Source of the DNA: a virus
Lineage: Duplodnaviria; Caudoviricetes
Strand: one strand, 5' to 3'
Length of the DNA stretch: 64,000 nt
IMG/VR virus record: IMGVR_UViG_3300037067_005096
Location: 1 to 64,000 of that record
Below, piece after piece: positions 1-7,481 of this stretch. The notes under the pieces are model-generated. The model saw only the letters and a program-made list of their open reading frames with translations, was not told the DNA's origin and searched no databases. Within the stretch, counting starts at the first letter, position 1. Every line of letters starts with the position of its first letter. A program made the position numbers and the translations under genes.

Positions 1-9
1 GGGGAAGAC

Positions 10-510
10 TTGCTCAGTCAAACACTCCAGTACTTTCAGTGGTATAGCCGGGAAGACTGTGCAGAGTTTGTACTGCTTCAGATTCACGGGGGTTGCGATG
101 TTCGGGGCGGATATACTGTACCGAAGGTCTATCGCACATGTGACGGGCTGTATGACAACGCACGGGCAGGTATTCATTGCCCGGTGTGCTATGCTCATTG
201 GGAATCTGATGAAGGTTACTATTGGTCGCCGTGTGCTGAGCAAATTGACCTCTCATTCCTTGACGGGCATGACACACACCCGGCATTGCCGCTTGACATG
301 GCCGAACGGGTACCTTGGCCGTTGTTGAACCTTGATGAGAAGTCGTACTTGCGTGATACGAAGCAAGACGCTTATATCCGTGTAGAGCTTGACACGGAGG
401 AGTTCCCTGCTGAGAATGAGAGGGAACGCGGGAATCTGTATATCAACTCGGAGGGTCAAGGTTTGTGTCCGTATTGCCTTACCGGTACCCTCTTCGCAGG
501 GTATTGGTAG
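10..510 (+). CDS. Hypothetical phage protein, Cys-rich, probably 5'-truncated by the window edge
   Basis: Open from near the window start; LQIHGGCDVRGGYT motif and CxxC pairs; followed by a hairpin. Confidence 0.65.
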   Translation: MLSQTLQYFQWYSREDCAEFVLLQIHGGCDVRGGYTVPKVYRTCDGLYDNARAGIHCPVCYAHWESDEGYYWSPCAEQIDLSFLDGHDTHPALPLDMAERVPWPLLNLDEKSYLRDTKQDAYIRVELDTEEFPAENERERGNLYINSEGQGLCPYCLTGTLFAGYW

Positions 511-525
511 TCGTACCTCCGAGAA

Positions 526-560
526 GGCAAGCCCCGGTGTGGCAATATCCGGGGCTTGCC
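526..560 (+). terminator. Hairpin / probable terminator closing a module
   Basis: ggcaagccccgg...ccggggcttgcc 12-bp stem just after the stop codon; no U-tract. Confidence 0.6.
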
Positions 561-575
561 AAATACCTGGTAGTC

Positions 576-593
576 GTACTAGCTAGTACTACG
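576..593. repeat. Palindromic cassette-boundary element, copy 1 (GTACTAGCTAGTAC+TACGG)
   Basis: Perfect 14-bp palindrome at 576-589; recurs at 1180, 1950, 3241 (inverted) and 3942. Confidence 0.9.
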
Positions 594-607
594 GGCACGC
601 TGAAATC

Positions 608-652
608 CTGGTATTTGTACCAGTTCCATTGGCGTGGATATTGCGGTATAAT
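608..652 (+). promoter_or_regulatory. Box + sigma70-type promoter P1
   Basis: CTGGTA-TTTG-TACCAG, TTCCAT, 17 bp, TATAAT (647-652). Confidence 0.8.
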
Positions 653-682
653 CTTAGTAGAACATCTAACTCGGAGGTTAGC

Positions 683-1009
683 ATGGCTATTCAAGTTGAC
701 CGTGATGAGCTTGTCAAGAAGCTACATCCCCGCAGGTTTCCCGGAATGTCAAGCAAAATGGCCGCTATTGTGGGGTACTTCATTGGTGAAGTCTACACAA
801 ACCCGGCGATTGTGGGCTTGTATGTCACAGTAGACGGGCATTGCCTTGCACAGTCTGAAGGTGAAGTCGGGTACAACGTCTATGTTGGCGTGTTTGCTGA
901 GCTTGAGCGTAACTGGCGTGAGCTTGTGGGAATCTCGGAAGTAGGACTGTCGGAGGAAGAGGAAATCTTTTGTCTCCGTCTGTTGGAGACGAAAGTAACT
1001 CATGCCTAG
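683..1009 (+). CDS. Hypothetical early protein
   Basis: GGAGG RBS before ATG 683, downstream of P1. Confidence 0.75.
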   Translation: MAIQVDRDELVKKLHPRRFPGMSSKMAAIVGYFIGEVYTNPAIVGLYVTVDGHCLAQSEGEVGYNVYVGVFAELERNWRELVGISEVGLSEEEEIFCLRLLETKVTHA

Positions 1010-1151
1010 TGACATCAAGATTGCGAAGTTCATAGTGGCCGGTATAGGCGCAGGGATTGTCTATCCGTTGTTCGGGCTTATACCGGCATTCTGGTTTACC
1101 CTTGCCGGATGTTTCCTTTACTCCTGCTTCAGACCCTACAACGACCCATAG
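1002..1151 (+). CDS. Small membrane protein (49 aa, MPSDIKIAKFIVAGIGAGIVYPLFGLIPAFWFTLAGCFLYSCFRPYNDP)
   Basis: Hand-translated; start overlaps the upstream stop; hydrophobic; below ORF-track cutoff. Confidence 0.55.
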   Translation: MPSDIKIAKFIVAGIGAGIVYPLFGLIPAFWFTLAGCFLYSCFRPYNDP

Positions 1152-1179
1152 CCAGACCCATTTCCCCTCCAAGCAATGT

Positions 1180-1197
1180 TACTAGCTAGTACTACGG
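1180..1197. repeat. Palindromic cassette-boundary element, copy 2
   Basis: TACTAGCTAGTACTACGG. Confidence 0.9.
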
Positions 1198-1253
1198 ACA
1201 ATCATGTGCTCAAACCGACACAAAACGAGCGTTTACCCACATGATTGTAGAAA

Positions 1254-1298
1254 CAGGTATTTGTACCAGTTCCATTGGCGTGCATGTTGCGGTATAAT
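1254..1298 (+). promoter_or_regulatory. Box + sigma70-type promoter P2 (near-identical to P1)
   Basis: CAGGTA-TTTG-TACCAG, TTCCAT, 17 bp, TATAAT (1293-1298). Confidence 0.8.
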
Positions 1299-1331
1299 CT
1301 TAGTAGAACAATCAACTTCGGAGGTATCGTC

Positions 1332-1538
1332 ATGGCTTACGTGAGGCCAAACTTCAAGAACAAGAAGGCACTGAAGAACTATCTACAATCGGGCAAGCCG
1401 GTTGAAGTCTTTCAGCCCGGTCTTGGTAGTGTCCCGGAGAACGGTTCAATCGCACTCGAAGGGCCGCACTATCCCGCACCGCATAGCTGGTATGCTACTG
1501 GCACAATGAAAGACGGTTGCCTTGTCGAGGTAAAGTAA
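1332..1538 (+). CDS. Hypothetical early protein
   Basis: GGAGGTATC RBS, ATG 1332; EGPHYPAPHSWYA motif. Confidence 0.75.
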   Translation: MAYVRPNFKNKKALKNYLQSGKPVEVFQPGLGSVPENGSIALEGPHYPAPHSWYATGTMKDGCLVEVK

Positions 1539-1540
1539 CC

Positions 1541-1873
1541 ATGCACTATTCGATGGAAAACATTCGCCGGATACATCGGCAAAAGATGAATGGACACTTC
1601 TTTGACAAGGACACCATGCGGTTCTTCAACTCGCGCATACTGGAAACCGTGTACCAGGGGCCGGGCGGAGTGTTCTTCGTGACTTCTGAGCGTTTTGTCG
1701 GTTCGACATATACCGGGCCAAGACTTTACACGGTTCGCAAGTTCAACCCGGAAACTGGCGACATCGGCACACACGGCGAGTACAACAAGATAACGAAGTA
1801 TCAGGCTATCAAGGCCGCGACTGAGGCCGCAGCAGCAGTAACAGCAGCAACAGAGGCAGCAGTAACGGCTTAG
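1541..1873 (+). CDS. Hypothetical early protein with Ala-rich repeat tail
   Basis: GAGG RBS; HFFDKDTMRFFNSRI motif; AATEAAAAVTAATEAAVTA tail. Confidence 0.75.
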   Translation: MHYSMENIRRIHRQKMNGHFFDKDTMRFFNSRILETVYQGPGGVFFVTSERFVGSTYTGPRLYTVRKFNPETGDIGTHGEYNKITKYQAIKAATEAAAAVTAATEAAVTA

Positions 1874-1887
1874 AATGTGGCCGGACT

Positions 1888-1935
1888 CTCCCTGGTAATT
1901 CTCCCAGGCTAGTAGAATTACCAGGGAGCTTTTTT
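1888..1935 (+). terminator. Rho-independent terminator
   Basis: ctccctggtaattct...agaattaccagggag followed by cTTTTTT. Confidence 0.8.
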
Positions 1936-1949
1936 CATACCTGGCAATC

Positions 1950-1968
1950 GTACTAGCTAGTACCACGG
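1950..1968. repeat. Palindromic cassette-boundary element, copy 3
   Basis: GTACTAGCTAGTACCACGG. Confidence 0.9.
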
Positions 1969-1985
1969 TGGATGAATTTTCAAAA

Positions 1986-2030
1986 CCCGTACTTTTACCA
2001 GTTGGACAGGCACATAACTTGCGGTATAAT
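1986..2030 (+). promoter_or_regulatory. Box + sigma70-type promoter P3
   Basis: CCCGTA-CTTT-TACCAG, TTGGAC, 17 bp, TATAAT (2025-2030). Confidence 0.8.
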
Positions 2031-2054
2031 CCATGTAGAACGGAGGTATCGGGA

Positions 2055-2231
2055 ATGCTTTATCGAATTCGAGGTAAGGGCAAGGTGCATACAGCGTGCT
2101 ATTGGCATGCTACCCTTGCCATTGACTCTACATGGCGGGGTACTATCATTGACGGTATTCTGCTAACTGGCATGGGCAAGTGTGCAATATGCAACCGTAC
2201 CCTTGCCCGGAATCGAAACCGGAGGTATTAG
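2055..2231 (+). CDS. Small hypothetical protein, possible Zn-binding
   Basis: GGAGGTATC RBS; CxxH and CxxC. Confidence 0.6.
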   Translation: MLYRIRGKGKVHTACYWHATLAIDSTWRGTIIDGILLTGMGKCAICNRTLARNRNRRY

Positions 2232-2232
2232 C

Positions 2233-2499
2233 ATGGCACGAATCAAGCATTATCACTGTCTATCGGGCGGGCATGGCTATATGCCTGATGACAACATCAC
2301 TTGTAGAACTAAGGCGGAAGCATTAGCATGCGCAAGTGACAAGGCGCAAGAACTACGCTCGGAGGGTATCCGGGTACACGGGCGGAAGTCCGACGGTTAC
2401 TATGATGTAGCTTCAAGGGATGTTGGCAAGGCGGGCTTAGAGTATATCGAAGTCACGACTTGCACGGAAGCAACATGCCTGTTAGATTTGGAGGATTGA
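2233..2499 (+). CDS. Hypothetical early protein
   Basis: GGAGGTATT RBS, ATG 2233. Confidence 0.7.
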   Translation: MARIKHYHCLSGGHGYMPDDNITCRTKAEALACASDKAQELRSEGIRVHGRKSDGYYDVASRDVGKAGLEYIEVTTCTEATCLLDLED

Positions 2500-2500
2500 C

Positions 2501-2608
2501 ATGCGATTGTGTATATACTGTTTGGGTAACTACTTGGCCGGGCAAGCGTTCTATCAGAGAATGCAAGCCGCTAAGATTCGCAAGCGTGTTAGACTTCTCG
2601 GAGGATAG
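2501..2608 (+). CDS. Tiny basic protein (35 aa, MRLCIYCLGNYLAGQAFYQRMQAAKIRKRVRLLGG)
   Basis: Hand-translated; GGAGG RBS; fills the gap between neighbours exactly. Confidence 0.5.
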   Translation: MRLCIYCLGNYLAGQAFYQRMQAAKIRKRVRLLGG

Positions 2609-2610
2609 CC

Positions 2611-2910
2611 ATGAGTGCATTCACGGAAGCAGTAGAACGGGGATTAAGCGGGCTTGACCATGTATCAGTCGGCTATATGTCGTACGAAAAGTGTGGCGAA
2701 TGTCCAATAGGCGGAGATGATTCCGATTGCGGAGATGAGGGACACTTTTCATGGTCGGCTTGCGATTGTTGCAATTCGACTCTTGGCGGTACCCGGTACG
2801 CAGCACACGGCATTGATTCTGAGGGTAACATAGTTCACTTGGATGTATGCTCGGATTGCGTCATGTATATCGCAAACGGAGAAGAACCGGAAACTTGGGA
2901 ATCGGAATAA
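2611..2910 (+). CDS. Cys-rich acidic hypothetical protein
   Basis: GGAGG RBS; CxxC, CDCC and CxxC; FSWSACDCC...LGG.R motif. Confidence 0.75.
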   Translation: MSAFTEAVERGLSGLDHVSVGYMSYEKCGECPIGGDDSDCGDEGHFSWSACDCCNSTLGGTRYAAHGIDSEGNIVHLDVCSDCVMYIANGEEPETWESE

Positions 2911-2987
2911 ACTGGTATCCTTGCTAGGGCGTTCTCATGTGGGGTATGGAACAATCTACATGAGAACGCTTTAGGGAGGTATTCAAA

Positions 2988-3185
2988 ATGCAAAATTGGC
3001 AGGATACAGGAAGACGGGGCGATTATGGCAAGATATACCGGAATCGCCACACTGGGGAACTTGCAGAGGAACATGACAACACTTACCTGGTTGCGGTCGG
3101 AACAGGGGAAACAATCCCGGAATGCTTCAACGGCCATTCGTACCTGATAGAACAAGACCGCATAGCACGCGGTTTGCCTGTTTAG
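2988..3185 (+). CDS. Hypothetical early protein
   Basis: GGAGGTATT RBS; preceded by a hairpin at 2924-2975. Confidence 0.65.
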   Translation: MQNWQDTGRRGDYGKIYRNRHTGELAEEHDNTYLVAVGTGETIPECFNGHSYLIEQDRIARGLPV

Positions 3186-3196
3186 GGAGGAGATGA

Positions 3197-3225
3197 GGAA
3201 GCCCGGTAGAAATACCGGGTTTTCC
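3197..3225 (+). terminator. GAAA-tetraloop terminator (identical copy at 3899-3927)
   Basis: ggaagcccggta-GAAA-taccgggttttcc. Confidence 0.75.
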
Positions 3226-3235
3226 TTATGCTTTA

Positions 3236-3253
3236 CCGTGGTACTAGCTAGTA
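3236..3253 (-). repeat. Palindromic cassette-boundary element, copy 4 (inverted)
   Basis: ccgtggtactagctagta is the reverse complement of TACTAGCTAGTACCACGG; the flanking tacctggtag is also inverted. Confidence 0.85.
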
Positions 3254-3330
3254 TGGCTACCAGGTAGGGAAAACCCGGTAAAAATGCCTGGCGGGGCGTA
3301 CAGGGGCATTTCCGGGCATTCTGACAAAGA

Positions 3331-3375
3331 CTCGTACATTTACCAGTTGTGTTGGCGTGGAATTTGCGGTATAAC
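3331..3375 (+). promoter_or_regulatory. Box + sigma70-type promoter P4
   Basis: CTCGTA-CATT-TACCAG, TTGTGT, 17 bp, TATAAC. Confidence 0.7.
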
Positions 3376-3456
3376 TTATGTGAGAGGGAAATTCGGGAAG
3401 TCCAGCCCTGTCAGGCAATTATACCGGGTTTCCCTCACACTTTGGAGGTATCAGAC

Positions 3457-3666
3457 ATGACAACAGTATTGACGGGCAAGGAACAGATAACGGGCGCAAG
3501 ACTGCTTACGCTTAGGCAGGGCTTGCGTTTGGAGTGCAAGGGCATGACAAGGCATGGCCGTTCGTGCTATGCCATAATCAAGGAAGAATTCGGCTTGCAC
3601 GGAAGCAAGCAGAGTGTTTTTGAGCAATTCACGGCGATACTTCAGGATAAGGGGGTATTGGTATGA
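3457..3666 (+). CDS. Hypothetical early protein
   Basis: GGAGGTATC RBS, ATG 3457. Confidence 0.75.
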   Translation: MTTVLTGKEQITGARLLTLRQGLRLECKGMTRHGRSCYAIIKEEFGLHGSKQSVFEQFTAILQDKGVLV

Positions 3667-3884
3667 AACTGGTCATGATGACTAATGACGGGCAAGTTAT
3701 CGACTCTTACGAGGATATAGAAGAGTACGATCTAAACGACCCGGATACCCCGTTTGGGCTTATAACCTGGTTGCGTAAGACGGTCAAAAAGGGCTTGCCG
3801 ATGGAAAACAAGTCATGTATCATCGGCGGGGTATGTTTGACTTGCGGGGAACTTGATACAGATTGTGAGTGTGTGCGAGCCTGA
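3663..3884 (+). CDS. Hypothetical protein with C-terminal Cys cluster
   Basis: ATGA overlap with the upstream gene; CLTCGE..DCEC. Confidence 0.7.
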   Translation: MKLVMMTNDGQVIDSYEDIEEYDLNDPDTPFGLITWLRKTVKKGLPMENKSCIIGGVCLTCGELDTDCECVRA

Positions 3885-3898
3885 TACCTCCGCACAAG

Positions 3899-3927
3899 GG
3901 AAGCCCGGTAGAAATACCGGGTTTTCC
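3899..3927 (+). terminator. GAAA-tetraloop terminator, copy 2
   Basis: Identical to 3197-3225. Confidence 0.75.
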
Positions 3928-3941
3928 AACAAAGGACAGTC

Positions 3942-3960
3942 GTACTAGCTAGTACTACGG
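3942..3960. repeat. Palindromic cassette-boundary element, copy 5
   Basis: GTACTAGCTAGTACTACGG. Confidence 0.9.
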
Positions 3961-4039
3961 TATACTGGAAATACCTGGTGATTTTACCGGGTAGCCGTCT
4001 GAGTCCAGTTGCCTCCGCTCAGACGGCTTTTTGTGTTTT

Positions 4040-4084
4040 CTGGTATATTTACCAGTTCCCGAATCACGCAGGAAGTGGCATAAT
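4040..4084 (+). promoter_or_regulatory. Box + sigma70-type promoter P5
   Basis: CTGGTA-TATT-TACCAG, TTCCCG, 17 bp, TG-G-CATAAT. Confidence 0.75.
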
Positions 4085-4116
4085 CTACATGAGAACAAAG
4101 AACGGAGGTATCAGGA

Positions 4117-4344
4117 ATGTATAACCCGGAAGCAAGGAAACAGGATGTAGAGGTATTGGAAAACGTCCTTAGTGAACTGTCAAACTGGAAACCGGTTGTA
4201 GTGTTCGACAAAACACGAAACCAGGTTCACTATCGGGGCGAAATTCATGCTTTTGTGCTTAGTGAGATATGGAACATGGAAGAACTCCATGCCTTTGTGC
4301 AGAGTTTGGCCGGGCCGGAATACAATCTCGTAACTGTCGAATAG
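4117..4344 (+). CDS. Hypothetical early protein
   Basis: GGAGGTATC RBS. Confidence 0.7.
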   Translation: MYNPEARKQDVEVLENVLSELSNWKPVVVFDKTRNQVHYRGEIHAFVLSEIWNMEELHAFVQSLAGPEYNLVTVE

Positions 4345-4356
4345 GGGGTATCAGAC

Positions 4357-4731
4357 ATGTTAGTTATTGGCGCAAGTGAACACGACATACAACAGGCATT
4401 GAACGGCGCAAACAAGCGGTTTGCGGGAAACCTTGAATTCAAGAGGTTTGACAAGGCCGGAATCACGCGGGATAGACGGGAAAAGTTCAATGTGACACTA
4501 ACCGTCAAGTCAAGCCGCGAACCGGGCGCAAGACGGGGCTTTAGGGGGCAGAGGTTAGCGTGTGCATGTTGGCACGCTCATGGGTACTTCCTTGACGGTT
4601 TGCCCAAAGGTACCGAAGTCCGTACTACGTTGGGGGTAGTCAAGGCGGGTATCACACGTTGGCACGATTCAAACATCGGTTCAATGATGCACCCGCTCAA
4701 GTTCTCGGAAGCATGCGATTGCGCACACTAG
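4357..4731 (+). CDS. Hypothetical early protein
   Basis: GGGGGTATC RBS; ACWHAHG and CDC motifs. Confidence 0.75.
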   Translation: MLVIGASEHDIQQALNGANKRFAGNLEFKRFDKAGITRDRREKFNVTLTVKSSREPGARRGFRGQRLACACWHAHGYFLDGLPKGTEVRTTLGVVKAGITRWHDSNIGSMMHPLKFSEACDCAH

Positions 4732-4816
4732 GGGAAAACAGGTATTCCACACAGGCTCTATATAGGGCTTGTGTGGAATAACCTATATAGAAGACAACGA
4801 ACGGAGGATACAAACC

Positions 4817-4930
4817 ATGTCTACTATGAATTGGAAACTTACCCTTATCGGAATCGCCGTGCTGCTTACGCCGGTTATCTATGCTGCTATTGGCATAGTG
4901 AACACACTTCATGCGTTCTTTGGGAACTAG
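4817..4930 (+). CDS. Small single-TM membrane peptide (37 aa, MSTMNWKLTLIGIAVLLTPVIYAAIGIVNTLHAFFGN)
   Basis: Hand-translated; GGAGG RBS; below ORF-track cutoff. Confidence 0.55.
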   Translation: MSTMNWKLTLIGIAVLLTPVIYAAIGIVNTLHAFFGN

Positions 4931-4936
4931 AGAAAA

Positions 4937-4981
4937 CAGGTATATTTGACAGTTCCCGGATTGCTGATATAGTGGCATAAT
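4937..4981 (+). promoter_or_regulatory. Box + sigma70-type promoter P6
   Basis: CAGGTA-TATT-TGACAG, TTCCCG, 17 bp, TG-G-CATAAT. Confidence 0.7.
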
Positions 4982-5024
4982 GTATATAGAAGCAAAGAAC
5001 GCAGAATGAGAGGAACCTGGTAAA

Positions 5025-5462
5025 ATGACTAGCAAGTATCACAGTGAAGTTGAAGCAAGAATGCAAAGACGCTATACCCGGAATGAGCATGGACAGTTTG
5101 CAGTCAATCAAGAGTTAGCGCAAGTCAAGGCGGGTAGTGATACATTCCGCTTGATTCTTGATGACTTCGTAAATGGTGACAAGGTGCGTGCTATCAAGCT
5201 GATGAATGGCATTCGCCCGATAGATGTTATGGAGTACATCTTGGGTAGACAGTTAACTAAGGAAGAATCGACACAGTACAACGAATGCCATGAGCATGTG
5301 AGTGATAACCTGATTGATATATTCCACCTTGCACGAGAATGGCAAGCTACCGTACAGACCGGGCGCATGTATCTTCGGGGCAGGAAGTCAAGGGAAGTCA
5401 TGCTTGCACAGTATAAAGCGTTCTTGACCGGTTTAGAGAATGGCCGGAAGCGAGTCGAGTAA
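5025..5462 (+). CDS. Hypothetical early protein
   Basis: 145-aa ORF after P6; last gene of the + strand block. Confidence 0.7.
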   Translation: MTSKYHSEVEARMQRRYTRNEHGQFAVNQELAQVKAGSDTFRLILDDFVNGDKVRAIKLMNGIRPIDVMEYILGRQLTKEESTQYNECHEHVSDNLIDIFHLAREWQATVQTGRMYLRGRKSREVMLAQYKAFLTGLENGRKRVE

Positions 5463-5814
5463 AAATACCAGGTAGGGAACATTCCGGTAGAAATACCGGG
5501 ATTTTCTCGTGCCTGATTTCCAGGTATATTTACCAGGTTCGAGATTCCCCCCACCCGGCCCCTAGTACAAATACCGGGTCAGCTACCCTCACACTCTCGA
5601 CACGACGACTTTCACGTCTACAGGAGGTCACACAGAGGTTTTTCAGGTACAGAAATCCCCTGACCTAGAACATTGGAGTTGTGTAACCATTCAACTTTGT
5701 TGAGAGGATTTTTCCGGTAGAACGTGTTTTCTCTGTATCCACATCCGACCGGGCATTTTCACCAGGTTGCTGAAACCTCTCAATACAGTGAAATACTGCA
5801 CGGTATTGAGTATA

Positions 5815-6324
5815 CTACTCAACCATGATGACCTTGTGAAGCTCTGACTGCCAGAATGCGGATTCAGGACTGTGACCTTGTGCTACGATACTACGATATA
5901 AGGCTACTGCGTTTTGGAGAGCGGTGTTGGAGGCTGCCTGCTCTGTTTCCCATTGTGCCTTTGCTGCTGCAATTACGGAAGCAAACTCTTGTTGTAGAGA
6001 ACCGAGCACGTAGTTTATCAGATTAGGCTCTGACACCACGGTCGTAGCCCCTGGGTATGTAGTAGATGGGGTATATTCAATCCAATAACTAAATAGGCCG
6101 ATGGTATCAAGTTCCTCCGCCGTAAAGCGTATATTGTAGGAACCGTCGATACCTTCGGCCCAATCTGCTGCTGTCAGGGTCTTAGTGACGATACCATCAC
6201 CGGTTTTCTGGTACTTGACAACAAGCCCGGAGGCGTTGTATGCCACTCCTGTAATGCCTTCTCCTGTGTTCTTGTCTTGCAGGAGACCAGGAAGCCAGGT
6301 TTCTTGACTCTGTACCGCTATCAC
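5815..6324 (-). CDS. Hypothetical protein (N-terminal beta/Ig-like domain, C-terminal helix)
   Basis: 169-aa ORF; G.Y.I.FTA.ELDT.G pattern seen in phage adaptor-like domains. Confidence 0.6.
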   Translation of the reverse strand: MIAVQSQETWLPGLLQDKNTGEGITGVAYNASGLVVKYQKTGDGIVTKTLTAADWAEGIDGSYNIRFTAEELDTIGLFSYWIEYTPSTTYPGATTVVSEPNLINYVLGSLQQEFASVIAAAKAQWETEQAASNTALQNAVALYRSIVAQGHSPESAFWQSELHKVIMVE

Positions 6325-6366
6325 CAGTGTAATACCATCCCTACTATACTATTTCTGCCTCTGCTA

Positions 6367-7464
6367 TTATTTTACCGGTTTTCGTTGAAAACGACCTGTC
6401 CCTACACCAAGTCGCTTGTTGATTACCCTGAACTTAGTGGATGGAACATAGCTGATGGTAATGCTGGCTGCCAGACTTTTTTCGGCGTTCATGCTGTCAG
6501 CAGCACCATAGGCGACAGAAACCCCTACCGCCCCGGCTTCGGTCATACCAGATACTTCTATCGTGTAGGCCCGGTGGTCGCCACTGTCAGTGACATGTGC
6601 CTCAGTTCCACCAGTGACTACGACATCTGAATCATCGAAACCAATGACCGGCTCTGTAAATGTCGCTGAGAAGCGGACAGGTGACCTATTGGCCGGGCTG
6701 CTTTGACCCACAGCACGAGTTAAGGTCAAGACCGGCGCACACAAACGAAGGACACGAACCTCGACACCTTCTATTTCGACACGAGAACAGATACCGGTGA
6801 GTCCCGAAAGATAGTCACCTATCTGATTCGTGAATGGAATAACTTTGCCGGAGCCGACTTCGAGGTCAACGGCCATGTCTACGCCGCTGCCATCATCAAT
6901 GTAGAAGTAGCTGTCACCAATCTCTGTGACGTTGCCCCAGGTTCGTATCAGGAGGCCCACGTTATTCAGTCCATAGCCATCCCAGAATCCTGATTGACCA
7001 GTTGGAGGTGGGCCAGCATCATACCAGAAATCGCCTCCGCCAACAGACTTATTGGTCATGCCAAGTGGTCTTAGAAATGTATTGTGAGACGACACGGTAT
7101 ATGACGCATTGTCGATGAAGCGTTCGCCTTCGGTGGTGTTCATTGTGCCCGTGGTGACTGTGATTGTATCACCGGGATACGGACATGCTGCGGATTCGAC
7201 CTTGATACCACAGGCCCGGCTCGACTCTGAGATGTAGAAATGGCCCATCTTAGGGAATGTCCTGGTAACCACTTTGTCATCCAGGGTGTCTGTCAAGACC
7301 GTATTGTCCGGCAGAGTCTTGGCCCAGGCTATGGTATGCACGCCAGGCGGAGAAGACGGCAGCGGTTCGCCACTTTCATCTCCACCTGGAGGCATGATTT
7401 GGGCTACGGCTGCTGTACAGAACAAGAGGAACGCGAAGATAAACAGGTAACTACGTGTTTTCAA
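6367..7464 (-). CDS. Secreted protein: Armatimonadota-type repeat/OB-like domain plus C-terminal bacterial Ig-like domain
   Basis: Signal peptide (MKTRSYLFIFAFLLFCTAAVA); FYISESSRACGIKV, PLGMTNKSVGG, GLNNVGLLIRTWGNVT..FYIDDGSG; F.ATFTEPV.GFD..DV Ig-like motif. Confidence 0.7.
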   Translation of the reverse strand: MKTRSYLFIFAFLLFCTAAVAQIMPPGGDESGEPLPSSPPGVHTIAWAKTLPDNTVLTDTLDDKVVTRTFPKMGHFYISESSRACGIKVESAACPYPGDTITVTTGTMNTTEGERFIDNASYTVSSHNTFLRPLGMTNKSVGGGDFWYDAGPPPTGQSGFWDGYGLNNVGLLIRTWGNVTEIGDSYFYIDDGSGVDMAVDLEVGSGKVIPFTNQIGDYLSGLTGICSRVEIEGVEVRVLRLCAPVLTLTRAVGQSSPANRSPVRFSATFTEPVIGFDDSDVVVTGGTEAHVTDSGDHRAYTIEVSGMTEAGAVGVSVAYGAADSMNAEKSLAASITISYVPSTKFRVINKRLGVGTGRFQRKPVK

Positions 7465-7481
7465 CAGATACGACTCCTTCC

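Noticed and set aside
576-3960. CRISPR array interpretation of the recurring palindrome
   Set aside because: Intervals are 0.6-1.3 kb and contain genes; no cas operon; the Cas4-like nuclease is in the replication module as in many phages.
576-3960. Classical integron attC sites
   Set aside because: No RYYYAAC/GTTRRRY ends, no integron integrase, and the cassettes carry their own promoters.
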